Assembly (NCBI RefSeq): GCF_003334335.1
Contig: NZ_QOWQ01000017.1
From: Escherichia coli
GTDB lineage: Bacteria; Pseudomonadota; Gammaproteobacteria; Enterobacterales; Enterobacteriaceae
DNA length: 64,000 nucleotides
Direction: 5' to 3' (one strand)
Part shown: positions 35,054-45,945 of the stretch, piece by piece
Layout of the letters: every line of letters begins with the position of its first letter
Numbering within the stretch: the first letter of the stretch is position 1
Made by a program: the position numbers and the translations under genes
The notes under the pieces: generated by a model
What the model saw: the letters and a program-made list of their open reading frames with translations, nothing else
The model's database searches: none
Told to the model about the DNA's origin: nothing

Positions 35054-36007
35054 GTGGATAGTAATAATCAAATTGAACCCTGTTTAAGCAGAAAGTCGTC
35101 AGAAGGTAAACCACAAATATTTACAACCTTACGAAATATTGATCTTAACCTTCTGACTATTTTTGAAGCTGTATATGTACATAAAGGGATCGTTAATGCA
35201 GCGAAAGTGCTTAATCTGCCCCCCTCGGCAATCAGTCAGTCTATTCAGAAACTGCGCGTTATATTCCCTGACCCATTGTTTATTCGCAAAGGCCAGGGTG
35301 TCACTCCTACCGCATTTGCGATGCATCTACATGAGTATATCAGTCAGGGCCTTGAGTCCATTCTTGGCGCGCTGGATATCGAAGGAAGCTATGATAAGCA
35401 ACGAACGATAACTATTGCGACCACTCCCTCGGTCGGAGCACTGGTCCTTCCTGTCATCTATCGGGCGATTAAAACTCACTATCCGCAGCTTTTACTGCGC
35501 AACCCGCCCATCAGCGACGCGGAAAACCAACTCAGTCAGTTTCAAACCGATCTCATCATCGATAACATGTTTTGCACCAATCGTACGGTGCAACATCATG
35601 TTCTGTTCACCGACAATATGGTGTTAATTTGCCGCGAGGGAAATCCACTACTCTCTTTAGAAGATGACAGAGAGACTATCGACAACGCTGCGCATGTACT
35701 TCTGTTACCGGAAGAGCAAAATTTCAGCGGTCTGCGGCAGAGAGTTCAAGAAATGTTTCCGGACCGGCAAATCAATTTCACCAGCTACAACATTTTGACA
35801 ATCGCTGCACTGGTTGCCAACAGTGACATGTTAGCGATTATTCCCAGCCGTTTTTATAACCTGTTTAGCCGCTGCTGGCCGCTGGAAAAACTGCCTTTTC
35901 CGTCCTTAAATGAGGAGCAAATAGATTTCTCTATCCACTACAACAAATTCAGCCTGCGTGATCCCATCCTGCACGGAGTAATAGATGTTATCCGTAATGC
36001 ATTTTGA
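35054..36007 (+). CDS. ybeF: LysR-family transcriptional regulator
   Basis: 317 aa; N-terminal HTH (LNLLTIFEAVY...SQSIQKLR) LysR signature; GTG start uncertain; AT-rich. Confidence 0.8.
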   Translation: MDSNNQIEPCLSRKSSEGKPQIFTTLRNIDLNLLTIFEAVYVHKGIVNAAKVLNLPPSAISQSIQKLRVIFPDPLFIRKGQGVTPTAFAMHLHEYISQGLESILGALDIEGSYDKQRTITIATTPSVGALVLPVIYRAIKTHYPQLLLRNPPISDAENQLSQFQTDLIIDNMFCTNRTVQHHVLFTDNMVLICREGNPLLSLEDDRETIDNAAHVLLLPEEQNFSGLRQRVQEMFPDRQINFTSYNILTIAALVANSDMLAIIPSRFYNLFSRCWPLEKLPFPSLNEEQIDFSIHYNKFSLRDPILHGVIDVIRNAF

Positions 36008-36215
36008 AAAAGTATTGTTACAGCCAGATCACAGCGCAGAACGATAAAATGGCACAATCCAACAACAATTTTACATTTTCGCGACCGCTTTGGCTGCTTT
36101 CAGGTCCGTTTCAATGATATACTGCCAGTCGTTAATTCAAAAATAGTTGATAATTACAACAATCTATTGAATTGAAACGCTTTCCTTCGTAATTCGCAAC
36201 TGGAACACGCACGCT

Positions 36216-37181
36216 ATGAGTAAACCCATTGTGATGGAACGCGGTGTTAAATACCGCGATGCCGATAAGATGGCCCTTATCCCGGTTAAAAACGTGGCAA
36301 CAGAGCGCGAAGCCCTGCTGCGCAAGCCGGAATGGATGAAAATCAAGCTTCCAGCGGACTCTACACGTATCCAGGGCATCAAAGCCGCAATGCGCAAAAA
36401 TGGCCTGCATTCTGTCTGCGAGGAAGCCTCCTGCCCTAACCTGGCGGAATGCTTCAACCACGGCACAGCAACGTTTATGATCCTCGGCGCTATTTGTACC
36501 CGCCGTTGTCCGTTCTGTGATGTTGCCCACGGTCGCCCGGTAGCTCCTGATGCCAATGAACCAGTGAAACTGGCTCAGACCATTGCCGATATGGCGCTGC
36601 GTTATGTGGTTATCACCTCCGTTGACCGTGATGACCTGCGCGATGGCGGTGCCCAGCACTTTGCGGATTGCATTACTGCCATTCGGGAAAAAAGCCCGCA
36701 AATCAAAATTGAAACTCTGGTGCCGGATTTCCGCGGTCGTATGGATCGTGCTCTGGATATTCTGACTGCAACGCCACCAGATGTGTTCAACCATAACCTG
36801 GAAAACGTACCGCGTATTTACCGTCAGGTACGGCCTGGTGCAGATTACAACTGGTCGCTGAAGCTGCTGGAACGCTTTAAAGAAGCGCATCCGGAAATCC
36901 CGACCAAGTCTGGTCTGATGGTGGGACTGGGTGAAACCAATGAAGAAATTATTGAGGTAATGCGCGACCTGCGCCGTCATGGTGTGACGATGTTAACGCT
37001 GGGGCAATATTTGCAGCCAAGCCGCCATCACCTGCCGGTTCAACGTTACGTTAGCCCGGATGAGTTCGACGAAATGAAAGCCGAAGCGCTGGCGATGGGC
37101 TTTACCCATGCTGCATGCGGTCCGTTTGTCCGCTCTTCTTACCACGCCGATTTGCAGGCGAAAGGGATGGAAGTTAAGTAA
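36216..37181 (+). CDS. lipA: lipoyl synthase (radical SAM)
   Basis: 321 aa with both cluster motifs ([12 protein letters not shown] and CTRRCPFC). Confidence 0.95.
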
Positions 37182-37211
37182 TCCTGTAATAATTACTTAC
37201 ATCTGTCTGAT

Positions 37212-37241
37212 AAAAAACCCGCTTTTTGAAGCGGGTTTTTT
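37212..37241. terminator. bidirectional rho-independent terminator between lipA and tatE
   Basis: aaaaaacccgc-tttttgaa-gcgggtttttt: stem flanked by A-run and T-run. Confidence 0.8.
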
Positions 37242-37281
37242 GTATCGAACAAGATATTGAGGGAGCGTCCTGCTCGCCACG

Positions 37282-37485
37282 TCACTCTTTATGAGAGAGC
37301 TTTTCAGCCTGAAGATCAACGTCTGCGCCTTTTTTCGCCGCAGCATCGTCATCATTCATCGCCTTCTTGAACCCTTTAATGGCCGCTCCAAGGTCTCCGC
37401 CCAGCGTACGTAACTTCTTAGTCCCAAACAGCAGAACGACCAGCGCCGCAACTACCAGCAGTTTGGTAATACTAATCTCACCCAT
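37282..37485 (-). CDS. tatE: Tat translocase subunit TatE
   Basis: 67 aa, TatA/E family N-terminal TM helix followed by amphipathic helix. Confidence 0.92.
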   Translation of the reverse strand: MGEISITKLLVVAALVVLLFGTKKLRTLGGDLGAAIKGFKKAMNDDDAAAKKGADVDLQAEKLSHKE

Positions 37486-37613
37486 AGATACCTTCTTGAC
37501 ATATAACCGGCAACAGAACGCGCCTTAAAAACCAGAGAATATTAACGGTCATTCGACGCGCGCACACAATAGCAATCTGTAACAAGGTGAATCAAGCGCC
37601 GAGTAAAAAAACA

Positions 37614-38407
37614 TCATAATAATTGCGGCGGCGCAAAGCGACGGTTGTTTAAGACGGGCAGTTGCGCGCGCACCTGACGCACACGTTCGGGCGTCACTTC
37701 CGCCATAATGAGTGCAGGCATTTCTGACGCTGCCGCAATGGTGACGCCAAAGGGATCTATAATCCGGCTTTGACCGATATTTTTGTTCCCGCACTCCCCC
37801 GCCGCCACCATATAACAGGTGGTATCCAGCGCACGAGCGGCAAGCAACGTTGACCAGTGATGCTCTTTGAGCGGCCCGCGAACCCAGGCGGCAGGAAGTA
37901 CCAGGATTTCAGCTCCCTGTAATGCCTGTGCCAGCGCCAGCTCTGGAAAGCGTAAGTCATAACAGGTCATCAGCCCGACCTTCATCCCTTCCACCTCCAG
38001 TAACGGAGCGATTTCATTACCAGCATCAACACGGCGTGATTCCTGAATGGCAAATGCATCATAGAGATGCAGTTTGGCATAACGGGCGACGATGTTTCCT
38101 GCCTGAAGTGCCACCAGCATATTCCATGCGCGCCCCGGCGTTGAAGGAACATGAATCGTCAGAATTGTCGTCATCATGTTACGTTTACTTTCTCGCCGTA
38201 AAGTCCGAGGAATTCGCCTTCCAGCAGCTGTGCTGATTTAACCGATAGATCTGCATCATGATCATCGCGCGCCAGCAATGCTTCCGGCAGGACAAACAGC
38301 GATACGTCGTTTTCCGCCGCCTGCGCCATCAACGAGGCACAAATCTCAGCGTTCTTTTCCCACACAGATGTAACAGCAAACTGTCCTGCGGCAACCAGCA
38401 TTGCCAC
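37614..38407 (-). pseudogene. ybeM: C-N hydrolase (nitrilase-superfamily) gene disrupted by frameshift
   Basis: Two adjacent minus-strand ORFs (38174-38407 and 37614-38177) read as N- and C-terminal parts of one C-N hydrolase; frames differ by one nt at about 38175-38180. Confidence 0.75.
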
Positions 38408-38493
38408 CTCCTGTCAGAGTCGTAAAATTCGCCAACGACGATTATTCGGCGTTACACTTATCACTCATACAAATCAAATAGCAGGATTTTGCA

Positions 38494-38877
38494 GTGTTAC
38501 AACTTCTTTTAGCAGTTTTTATTGGCGGTGGTACGGGAAGCGTGGCGAGATGGCTGTTAAGTATGCGATTTAACCCACTGCATCAGGCGATTCCGTTGGG
38601 GACGCTGACAGCAAACCTGATTGGGGCATTCATCATAGGAATAGGATTCGCATGGTTCAGCAGGATGACGAACATTGATCCAGTGTGGAAAGTATTAATC
38701 ACCACCGGATTTTGTGGCGGTCTAACAACCTTCTCAACATTTTCGGCAGAAGTGGTGTTTTTGTTACAAGAGGGCCGCTTTGGCTGGGCATTACTGAACG
38801 TTTTCGTCAACCTTCTGGGGTCTTTTGCCATGACCGCACTGGCATTCTGGCTGTTTTCGGCCTCAACCGCACACTAA
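38494..38877 (+). CDS. crcB: fluoride ion channel CrcB/Fluc
   Basis: 127 aa, four TM segments, recognised CrcB. Confidence 0.92.
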   Translation: MLQLLLAVFIGGGTGSVARWLLSMRFNPLHQAIPLGTLTANLIGAFIIGIGFAWFSRMTNIDPVWKVLITTGFCGGLTTFSTFSAEVVFLLQEGRFGWALLNVFVNLLGSFAMTALAFWLFSASTAH

Positions 38878-38882
38878 AGACC

Positions 38883-38911
38883 AAAAAAAACCCGCTGATT
38901 AAGCGGGTTTT
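38883..38911. terminator. bidirectional rho-independent terminator between crcB and cspE
   Basis: aaaaaaaacccgc-tgattaa-gcgggtttt. Confidence 0.75.
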
Positions 38912-38930
38912 GAATTCTTGCTGACGTATC

Positions 38931-39140
38931 TTACAGAGCGATTACGTTTGCAGCAGAAGGGCCTTTGGCACCGTTAGTGATTTCGAACTCTACGCGCTGA
39001 CCTTCAGCAAGAGTTTTAAAACCATTAGTCTGGATTGCAGAGAAGTGTACGAACACGTCTTTGCTGCCGTCTTCCGGAGTAATGAAACCGAATCCTTTGG
39101 ACTCATTAAACCACTTAACGTTACCTTTAATCTTAGACAT
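38931..39140 (-). CDS. cspE: cold-shock-domain protein CspE
   Basis: 69 aa from internal ATG ([12 protein letters not shown]...); RNP1 motif KGFGFI. Confidence 0.93.
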
Positions 39141-39314
39141 CAAAATTACCTTTACATGAAAAATAGACACAAATGCTGTGTCGGTTACCAGTACACCAAT
39201 TGTGGTACGCTTTGTCCAGTGTAACTTTACTAAAAAGTGATAAAAGTCGCGTTATTTTTGATGTTACTTATTTTAGCTATTGATTTTAAAGAAGTTACTA
39301 AAACTTCATTTGTC

Positions 39315-39875
39315 TCAAAACTGAAAGCGCATCCAGGCAAAGTACACATTGCCATTGTTGTAGGTACCCGGAATGTAGGTCATCTGAAAAGTCACTGGGC
39401 CATAACCCACGGAGGCCAATGGCAGTAGAACCGGGAGAGGGATGTAATTCCAGTTATCGCGTGCCGTTACGCCAGCGGTGAATCCCAGACCTAAATGAAA
39501 ATTTTCATCCGCCAGCGGTCGCCAGGTACTTTCCCATCCGTATCCGGCAATCGGTTCCCATTTGTTCCACGAGTCCTTAAATGCCATGGCATACAGGCCA
39601 TGCCAGTTTCCTTTTTCATCCCAACGCGACAGGCCAAAACCGCCACCCCACGGTCGCTCGTTATAGCGATCGGTTTTTTCTTTGTCGTAAGCGAAACGTG
39701 CATGCCAGGTGATGGCAGGAATATATAAATCATAATGTTCAGGCTGTTGCCAGGTTTGTGCAATATTTTCTCTAAACGTTGTCATCCACTCATCTGCGTT
39801 AGCAAAAACTTTACCAACGCTGATTAACTGAATAAAAACAAAGGAAAAGATAGCGACATATTTACTCACGTTCAT
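39315..39875 (-). CDS. pagP: lipid A palmitoyltransferase PagP (outer membrane)
   Basis: 186 aa from MNVSKY start with signal peptide; recognised. Confidence 0.92.
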   Translation of the reverse strand: MNVSKYVAIFSFVFIQLISVGKVFANADEWMTTFRENIAQTWQQPEHYDLYIPAITWHARFAYDKEKTDRYNERPWGGGFGLSRWDEKGNWHGLYAMAFKDSWNKWEPIAGYGWESTWRPLADENFHLGLGFTAGVTARDNWNYIPLPVLLPLASVGYGPVTFQMTYIPGTYNNGNVYFAWMRFQF

Positions 39876-40360
39876 TTGTGACCATAAAACATTTATCAAA
39901 AATCTACTACTAGCATAGCAAAGCTACAATTAACATAACCTTAATAGACCCAACATAAAGAATAATCTGAATAGCTGCTCTATTTATTTCCGCTTGTTCA
40001 AGTTAAATATTTCCGCGCATCGATTAAAGATGATGCGTCGTTTTCTGCGATGGGAATAGTCAAAAAAGAAAAACCAAGTCTTTTTTGATGACAAAATGCA
40101 ATCAAGGAAAAATTATTTTATTTTTTAACGAGATACAACAATCATCTTAACGAAGTATATAATATATATCGTCAACCTATGCTCATATTAGATTATTTTT
40201 TGAGCGCACAGCCGCAGCTAACACCATTGCAATTAACAAATTTGCATCAATCCACCATCAATTTGCACACATTATTATGTGATAATTGCCAACCGCTAAA
40301 TATGCGTTTTGTTATCTATGTATAAAAACAGCAACTTCAATGTCTTAATGGCAGTTTTTA

Positions 40361-40374
40361 TTGATTTTAATCAG
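40361..40374 (+). promoter_or_regulatory. FNR-like site TTGAT-N4-ATCAg upstream of dcuC
   Basis: 9/10 match to FNR consensus TTGATnnnnATCAA about 95 bp upstream of the dcuC start; dcuC is known to be anaerobically induced via FNR. Confidence 0.45.
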
Positions 40375-40463
40375 CATTCATCGCCAATTTATTGGGCATA
40401 TTTTTTCCTTAAGCTTTAGGAATTTTTTATTATTTACTTTGGGGCCTGGAGACAGGAAAAATT

Positions 40464-41849
40464 ATGCTGACATTCATTGAGCTCCTTATTGGGGTTGTGG
40501 TTATTGTGGGTGTAGCTCGCTACATCATTAAAGGGTATTCCGCCACTGGTGTGTTATTTGTCGGTGGCCTGTTATTGCTGATTATCAGTGCCATTATGGG
40601 GCACAAAGTGTTACCGTCCAGCCAGGCTTCAACAGGCTACAGCGCCACGGATATCGTTGAATACGTTAAAATATTACTAATGAGCCGCGGCGGCGACCTC
40701 GGCATGATGATTATGATGCTGTGTGGATTTGCCGCTTACATGACCCATATCGGCGCGAATGATATGGTGGTCAAGCTGGCGTCAAAACCATTGCAGTATA
40801 TTAACTCCCCTTACCTGCTGATGATTGCCGCCTATTTTGTCGCCTGTCTGATGTCTCTGGCCGTCTCTTCCGCAACCGGTCTGGGTGTTTTGCTGATGGC
40901 AACCCTATTTCCGGTGATGGTAAACGTTGGTATCAGTCGTGGCGCAGCTGCTGCCATTTGTGCCTCCCCGGCGGCGATTATTCTCGCACCGACTTCAGGG
41001 GATGTGGTGCTGGCGGCGCAAGCTTCCGAAATGTCGCTGATTGACTTCGCCTTCAAAACGACGCTGCCTATCTCAATTGCTGCAATTATCGGCATGGCGA
41101 TCGCCCACTTCTTCTGGCAACGTTATCTGGATAAAAAAGAGCACATCTCTCATGAAATGTTAGATGTCAGTGAAATCACCACCACTGCTCCTGCGTTTTA
41201 TGCCATTTTGCCGTTCACGCCGATCATCGGTGTACTGATTTTTGACGGTAAATGGGGTCCGCAATTACACATCATCACTATTCTGGTGATTTGTATGCTG
41301 ATTGCCTCCATTCTGGAGTTCCTCCGCAGCTTTAATACCCAGAAAGTTTTCTCTGGTCTGGAAGTGGCTTATCGCGGGATGGCAGATGCGTTTGCTAACG
41401 TGGTGATGCTGCTGGTTGCCGCTGGGGTATTCGCTCAGGGGCTTAGCACCATCGGCTTTATTCAAAGTCTGATTTCTATCGCTACCTCGTTTGGTTCGGC
41501 GAGTATCATCCTGATGCTGGTATTGGTGATTCTGACAATGCTGGCGGCAGTCACGACCGGTTCAGGCAATGCGCCGTTTTATGCGTTTGTTGAGATGATC
41601 CCGAAACTGGCGCACTCTTCCGGCATTAACCCGGCGTATTTGACTATCCCGATGCTGCAGGCGTCAAACCTTGGCCGTACCCTTTCGCCCGTTTCTGGCG
41701 TAGTCGTTGCGGTTGCCGGGATGGCGAAGATCTCGCCGTTTGAAGTCGTAAAACGCACCTCGGTACCGGTGCTTGTTGGTTTGGTGATTGTTATCGTTGC
41801 TACAGAGCTGATGGTGCCAGGAACGGCAGCAGCGGTCACAGGCAAGTAA
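40464..41849 (+). CDS. dcuC: anaerobic C4-dicarboxylate transporter DcuC
   Basis: 461 aa polytopic membrane protein; recognised. Confidence 0.93.
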   Translation: MLTFIELLIGVVVIVGVARYIIKGYSATGVLFVGGLLLLIISAIMGHKVLPSSQASTGYSATDIVEYVKILLMSRGGDLGMMIMMLCGFAAYMTHIGANDMVVKLASKPLQYINSPYLLMIAAYFVACLMSLAVSSATGLGVLLMATLFPVMVNVGISRGAAAAICASPAAIILAPTSGDVVLAAQASEMSLIDFAFKTTLPISIAAIIGMAIAHFFWQRYLDKKEHISHEMLDVSEITTTAPAFYAILPFTPIIGVLIFDGKWGPQLHIITILVICMLIASILEFLRSFNTQKVFSGLEVAYRGMADAFANVVMLLVAAGVFAQGLSTIGFIQSLISIATSFGSASIILMLVLVILTMLAAVTTGSGNAPFYAFVEMIPKLAHSSGINPAYLTIPMLQASNLGRTLSPVSGVVVAVAGMAKISPFEVVKRTSVPVLVGLVIVIVATELMVPGTAAAVTGK

Positions 41850-41889
41850 ATAGTAATGCCGGAGGCAAGTTTCCTCCGGCTTTATCATG

Positions 41890-42570
41890 TCACCCACTGT
41901 GGTATATGCGTTGTGGTCTGCCAACTTTGCCGTGAACAATTTCAGCAATAATCAGATGGCGGCTGGCGCAATATTCAAGATAACGCCTGGCAGTGGTGCG
42001 GCTGATGGTCAGTGCCTGCGCCACCGTTTCTGCCGTATGTTGCACACCAGGCTCTTTAAACAGTTTTCGCACCGCGTTTAGCGTCAAGGGGTCAATGCCG
42101 GTCGGTAGCTCGTCCTTAGGTTCACCGCGAGCATAAGCATTAAACATCTCATCAATTTGCTTCTGGCTGGCGCTATCAATACTTTCCAGCATATGTTTAC
42201 GCTGGCGGAAACGGGTTAGCGTTTGCCCCAGCCGTTCATAGGCAATGGGCTTAATGAGATAATCAAATACACCACAACGTACGGCTTCAGACACCGTTTC
42301 CATATCGCTGGCTGCAGTGGTAAACACCACGTCGCCGGGATAATGCGCCTGCACCAGTTCATGCAGTAAATTAATCCCTCTACCGTCAGGAAGATAGTTA
42401 TCGAGCAAGATTAGCCCCGGCTTAAAACGCTCGATCATCATTCGGGCCTGCGCCAGATTTCCCGCCAGTAATATCTGACTGAATCCGGGAATGTGACGAA
42501 TATATTCCGCATGCATCTCTGCCAGCGGCGTTTCGTCCTCAACGATCAATAGGGTTAATGGAGCTGTCAT
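41890..42570 (-). CDS. dpiA: two-component response regulator DpiA (CitB)
   Basis: 226 aa; receiver domain followed by HTH output domain. Confidence 0.92.
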   Translation of the reverse strand: MTAPLTLLIVEDETPLAEMHAEYIRHIPGFSQILLAGNLAQARMMIERFKPGLILLDNYLPDGRGINLLHELVQAHYPGDVVFTTAASDMETVSEAVRCGVFDYLIKPIAYERLGQTLTRFRQRKHMLESIDSASQKQIDEMFNAYARGEPKDELPTGIDPLTLNAVRKLFKEPGVQHTAETVAQALTISRTTARRYLEYCASRHLIIAEIVHGKVGRPQRIYHSG

Positions 42571-44197
42571 TAGGTTTCACTTTCGGAATATAGATTGAAA
42601 ATAAGGTACCGCAGGGATCATTATCTTCGAGAGTGATAACACCACCGCAGCGCGTTACGTAGCTGGCAATCAAGTACAACCCAATGCCATGTTCACCGGG
42701 CTCGTCAGCACGCGTACTGACCCCCTGCTCAAATATTTTGTCTCGTAGAGACTCTGGAACGCCGCAGCCCTGATCGGCGACTTCAATCACCACATCATCG
42801 CCTTCATCGCTGAGGAATAATTCAACGATCTTGTTTCCTTCATCGCTACGCAGGCTGGCTTCGAAGGCGTTATCAAGTAAATTGCCCACAATGGCTGCAA
42901 ACTCGGTGCTATCCAGTCCTGGCGGCAGTTGCGAAAGCTGGCTACCGGGGACAATGATCATTTTTAGCCCCAGTTCCCGGGCGCGCTGCACTTTACCAAA
43001 AAGCAGCCCCGCCACCTGGCGATCGGCAAACGCCTCGCGCAGGCTGTCAATAAGCTGTTGCTGGGCCTGAGACTCCCCCTGCACCATCGCCAGCACGCGA
43101 TCATACTCTTTCATCTGCAACAGACCATTGAGCGTCGACATCCAATTGAGATGCTCGTGTCGCAATGTACGAAGGCTCTCAACGTATTGTTTTATTTGCG
43201 TCAGTTGCGCATTGAGGGTGGAAATTTCGTCTTTACTACGAAAGCTGATAATGGCCCCCAGCAAATCATCACCTGAACGAATAGCTTCCCGGTTGGCAAT
43301 AACGCTCAGACCGTTAAAGTTCGCCACCACATCCTGACGTTTTTCATCAATCTGTTCGGTAAAGAAATCGGCGGGCCTGACCACTTCAACAATGGGTTTA
43401 CCCAACCATTGCCGTCCGGGGGAACTCAGCCCCAGCATCTTTCTTGCGTTACGATTGATGGCGGTAATGTAACCATGCGGATCCACCGCAATCAGCCCTT
43501 CATAAACCGAACTAAACAGCGCCTCTTGCTGACGGACCACGCGTGCGATTTGCTTTGGCTCCATGCCCATCATCTGCCGACGGATATGCGCGGCCAGGAA
43601 CCACGACAGCAACATCAGAATCCCTAACAGCACGACAAACACACCTGCCATCGGTAATAAAAACTCAGCCCGCCAGCTATCGATTTTACTCACCAGGTAG
43701 CCAATCGACACCACGCCGATGACTTTTCCATCGTCATCAAAGATTGGCGTTTTGGCGCGCATCGCCATCCCCATTGACCCTTTCCCGGTAATGAAGTAGC
43801 TCTCCCCTTTCTCCAGCGCGCCCTGTTTGGTGAACTGCATAGGATAACCAATTTTCTCCGGATTAGGATGGTAAAGGCGGATCGAGTGCCGGTCCCCAAT
43901 CACCACATAATCAAAATCGGTATCTCTTTGTAATTTGTTAGCGATGGTCGCCAGCCGTTTGTAGTCACGCGTTTTCACCGCAGAGATGACACTGTCATTG
44001 GAGGCAATAATTTTCGCCTGATTCATTGCCATGTCGCGTACATGAAGCGTTAAATAGTCCTCAAAACTGGCCGTAAAATATTGCGCCAGGGCTGCAATGA
44101 CAAATATTGAGAACACCAGAATCAGCAAAAAGATACGCAGCGGAAATGCCAGTCTTTGGAAAAATGCAAACTGTTTATTCTCGTTAAGCTGCAACAT
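42539..44197 (-). CDS. dpiB: two-component sensor histidine kinase DpiB (CitA)
   Basis: 552 aa from ATG with aaggaaaa RBS; two TM segments flanking periplasmic domain, H-box (LRHEHLNWMSTL) and HATPase; 32-nt overlap with dpiA. Confidence 0.92.
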   Translation of the reverse strand: MLQLNENKQFAFFQRLAFPLRIFLLILVFSIFVIAALAQYFTASFEDYLTLHVRDMAMNQAKIIASNDSVISAVKTRDYKRLATIANKLQRDTDFDYVVIGDRHSIRLYHPNPEKIGYPMQFTKQGALEKGESYFITGKGSMGMAMRAKTPIFDDDGKVIGVVSIGYLVSKIDSWRAEFLLPMAGVFVVLLGILMLLSWFLAAHIRRQMMGMEPKQIARVVRQQEALFSSVYEGLIAVDPHGYITAINRNARKMLGLSSPGRQWLGKPIVEVVRPADFFTEQIDEKRQDVVANFNGLSVIANREAIRSGDDLLGAIISFRSKDEISTLNAQLTQIKQYVESLRTLRHEHLNWMSTLNGLLQMKEYDRVLAMVQGESQAQQQLIDSLREAFADRQVAGLLFGKVQRARELGLKMIIVPGSQLSQLPPGLDSTEFAAIVGNLLDNAFEASLRSDEGNKIVELFLSDEGDDVVIEVADQGCGVPESLRDKIFEQGVSTRADEPGEHGIGLYLIASYVTRCGGVITLEDNDPCGTLFSIYIPKVKPNDSSINPIDR

Positions 44198-44575
44198 TGT
44201 TTTCCTTGCGGGTTGTCCCGAGCCTCTTTGACGGATGTAATTAAAATGTTGAATCAAAATACATAGATATTAATTATGATCGTGGCAAATTTTATTCATT
44301 AAATCAATTAAATCACTTAAACCTGCGAGTCATTTCGTAATTACATTAATTAAAAAACTTAAAATCATTAAATAAATAAAAAACCACTAACTCTATGTGA
44401 AATAAATCAAAATTTCACGCCGAAATACTCCTTAGGATGTATAGCGAAAGGAGAAAAAGATATACCTCGATCACCCCCTTTCTCCCAAGTGAAAATAAAA
44501 GGTTATCAGTTTGCAACATTGAACAACATTCGTTGCAAATCGATAACAACATGCACCTTCAGGATACTATTTATT

Positions 44576-45634
44576 ATGTTCGGCAATGATATTTTCACCC
44601 GCGTAAAACGTTCAGAAAATAAAAAAATGGCGGAAATCGCCCAATTCCTGCATGAAAATGATTTGAGCGTTGACACCACAGTCGAAGTATTTATTACCGT
44701 AACCCGCGATGAAAAGCTTATCGCGTGCGGTGGAATTGCCGGAAATATTATTAAATGCGTTGCTATCAGTGAATCCGTCCGCGGTGAAGGACTGGCGCTG
44801 ACATTAGCCACTGAATTGATAAACCTCGCCTATGAGCGGCACAGCACGCATCTGTTTATTTATACCAAAACCGAATACGAGGCGCTGTTCCGCCAGTGCG
44901 GTTTTTCCACGCTGACCAGCGTACCCGGCGTGATGGTGCTGATGGAAAACAGCGCCACGCGACTGAAACGCTATGCCGAATCGCTGAAAAAATTTCGTCA
45001 TCCAGGGAACAAGATTGGCTGCATTGTGATGAACGCCAATCCCTTTACGAATGGTCACCGTTATCTGATTCAACAGGCTGCGGCACAGTGCGACTGGTTG
45101 CATCTGTTTTTAGTCAAAGAAGATTCTTCACGCTTCCCCTATGAAGACCGGCTGGATTTGGTGTTAAAAGGCACCGCCGATATTCCACGCCTGACTGTGC
45201 ATCGTGGCTCCGAATACATCATCTCCCGCGCTACGTTCCCTTGCTACTTCATTAAAGAACAGAGCGTCATTAACCATTGTTACACCGAAATTGATCTGAA
45301 GATTTTCCGTCAGTACCTCGCTCCCGCGCTGGGTGTAACTCACCGCTTTGTCGGTACTGAACCCTTTTGTCGCGTTACCGCCCAGTACAACCAGGATATG
45401 CGCTACTGGCTGGAAACGCCGACTATCTCCGCACCGCCCATCGAACTGGTTGAAATTGAGCGGCTGCGTTACCAGGAGATGCCGATATCCGCTTCCCGGG
45501 TACGTCAACTGCTGGCGAAAAACGATCTCACGGCTATCGCGCCGCTGGTCCCTGCAGTCACGCTGCATTATTTGCAGAACCTGCTTGAGCACTCCCGCCA
45601 GGACGCGGCAGCTCGTCAAAAGACCCCCGCATGA
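44576..45634 (+). CDS. citC: [citrate (pro-3S)-lyase] ligase
   Basis: 352 aa from MFGNDIF; ORF-track 29-codon upstream extension rejected. Confidence 0.9.
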   Translation: MFGNDIFTRVKRSENKKMAEIAQFLHENDLSVDTTVEVFITVTRDEKLIACGGIAGNIIKCVAISESVRGEGLALTLATELINLAYERHSTHLFIYTKTEYEALFRQCGFSTLTSVPGVMVLMENSATRLKRYAESLKKFRHPGNKIGCIVMNANPFTNGHRYLIQQAAAQCDWLHLFLVKEDSSRFPYEDRLDLVLKGTADIPRLTVHRGSEYIISRATFPCYFIKEQSVINHCYTEIDLKIFRQYLAPALGVTHRFVGTEPFCRVTAQYNQDMRYWLETPTISAPPIELVEIERLRYQEMPISASRVRQLLAKNDLTAIAPLVPAVTLHYLQNLLEHSRQDAAARQKTPA

Positions 45635-45648
45635 GAAACAGGTGAAAA

Positions 45649-45945
45649 ATGAAAATAAACCAGCCCGCCGTTGCAGGCACCCTTGAGTCTGGGGATGTGA
45701 TGATACGCATCGCCCCACTCGATACGCAGGATATCGACCTGCAAATCAATAGCAGCGTTGAGAAACAGTTTGGCGATGCAATTCGCACCACCATTCTGGA
45801 CGTTCTCGCCCGCTACAACGTGCGCGGCGTACAGCTGAATGTCGATGACAAAGGCGCACTGGACTGCATTTTACGTGCACGACTGGAAGCCCTGCTGGCA
45901 CGCGCCAGCGGTATCCCGGCTCTGCCATGGGAGGATTGCCAATGA
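45649..45945 (+). CDS. citD: citrate lyase acyl carrier protein (gamma subunit)
   Basis: 98 aa; recognised CitD. Confidence 0.93.

Noticed and set aside
38408-38493. Possible fluoride riboswitch (crcB motif) upstream of crcB
   Set aside because: The leader is short and I could not find the conserved riboswitch core or pseudoknot elements; E. coli crcB is not known to be riboswitch-controlled.
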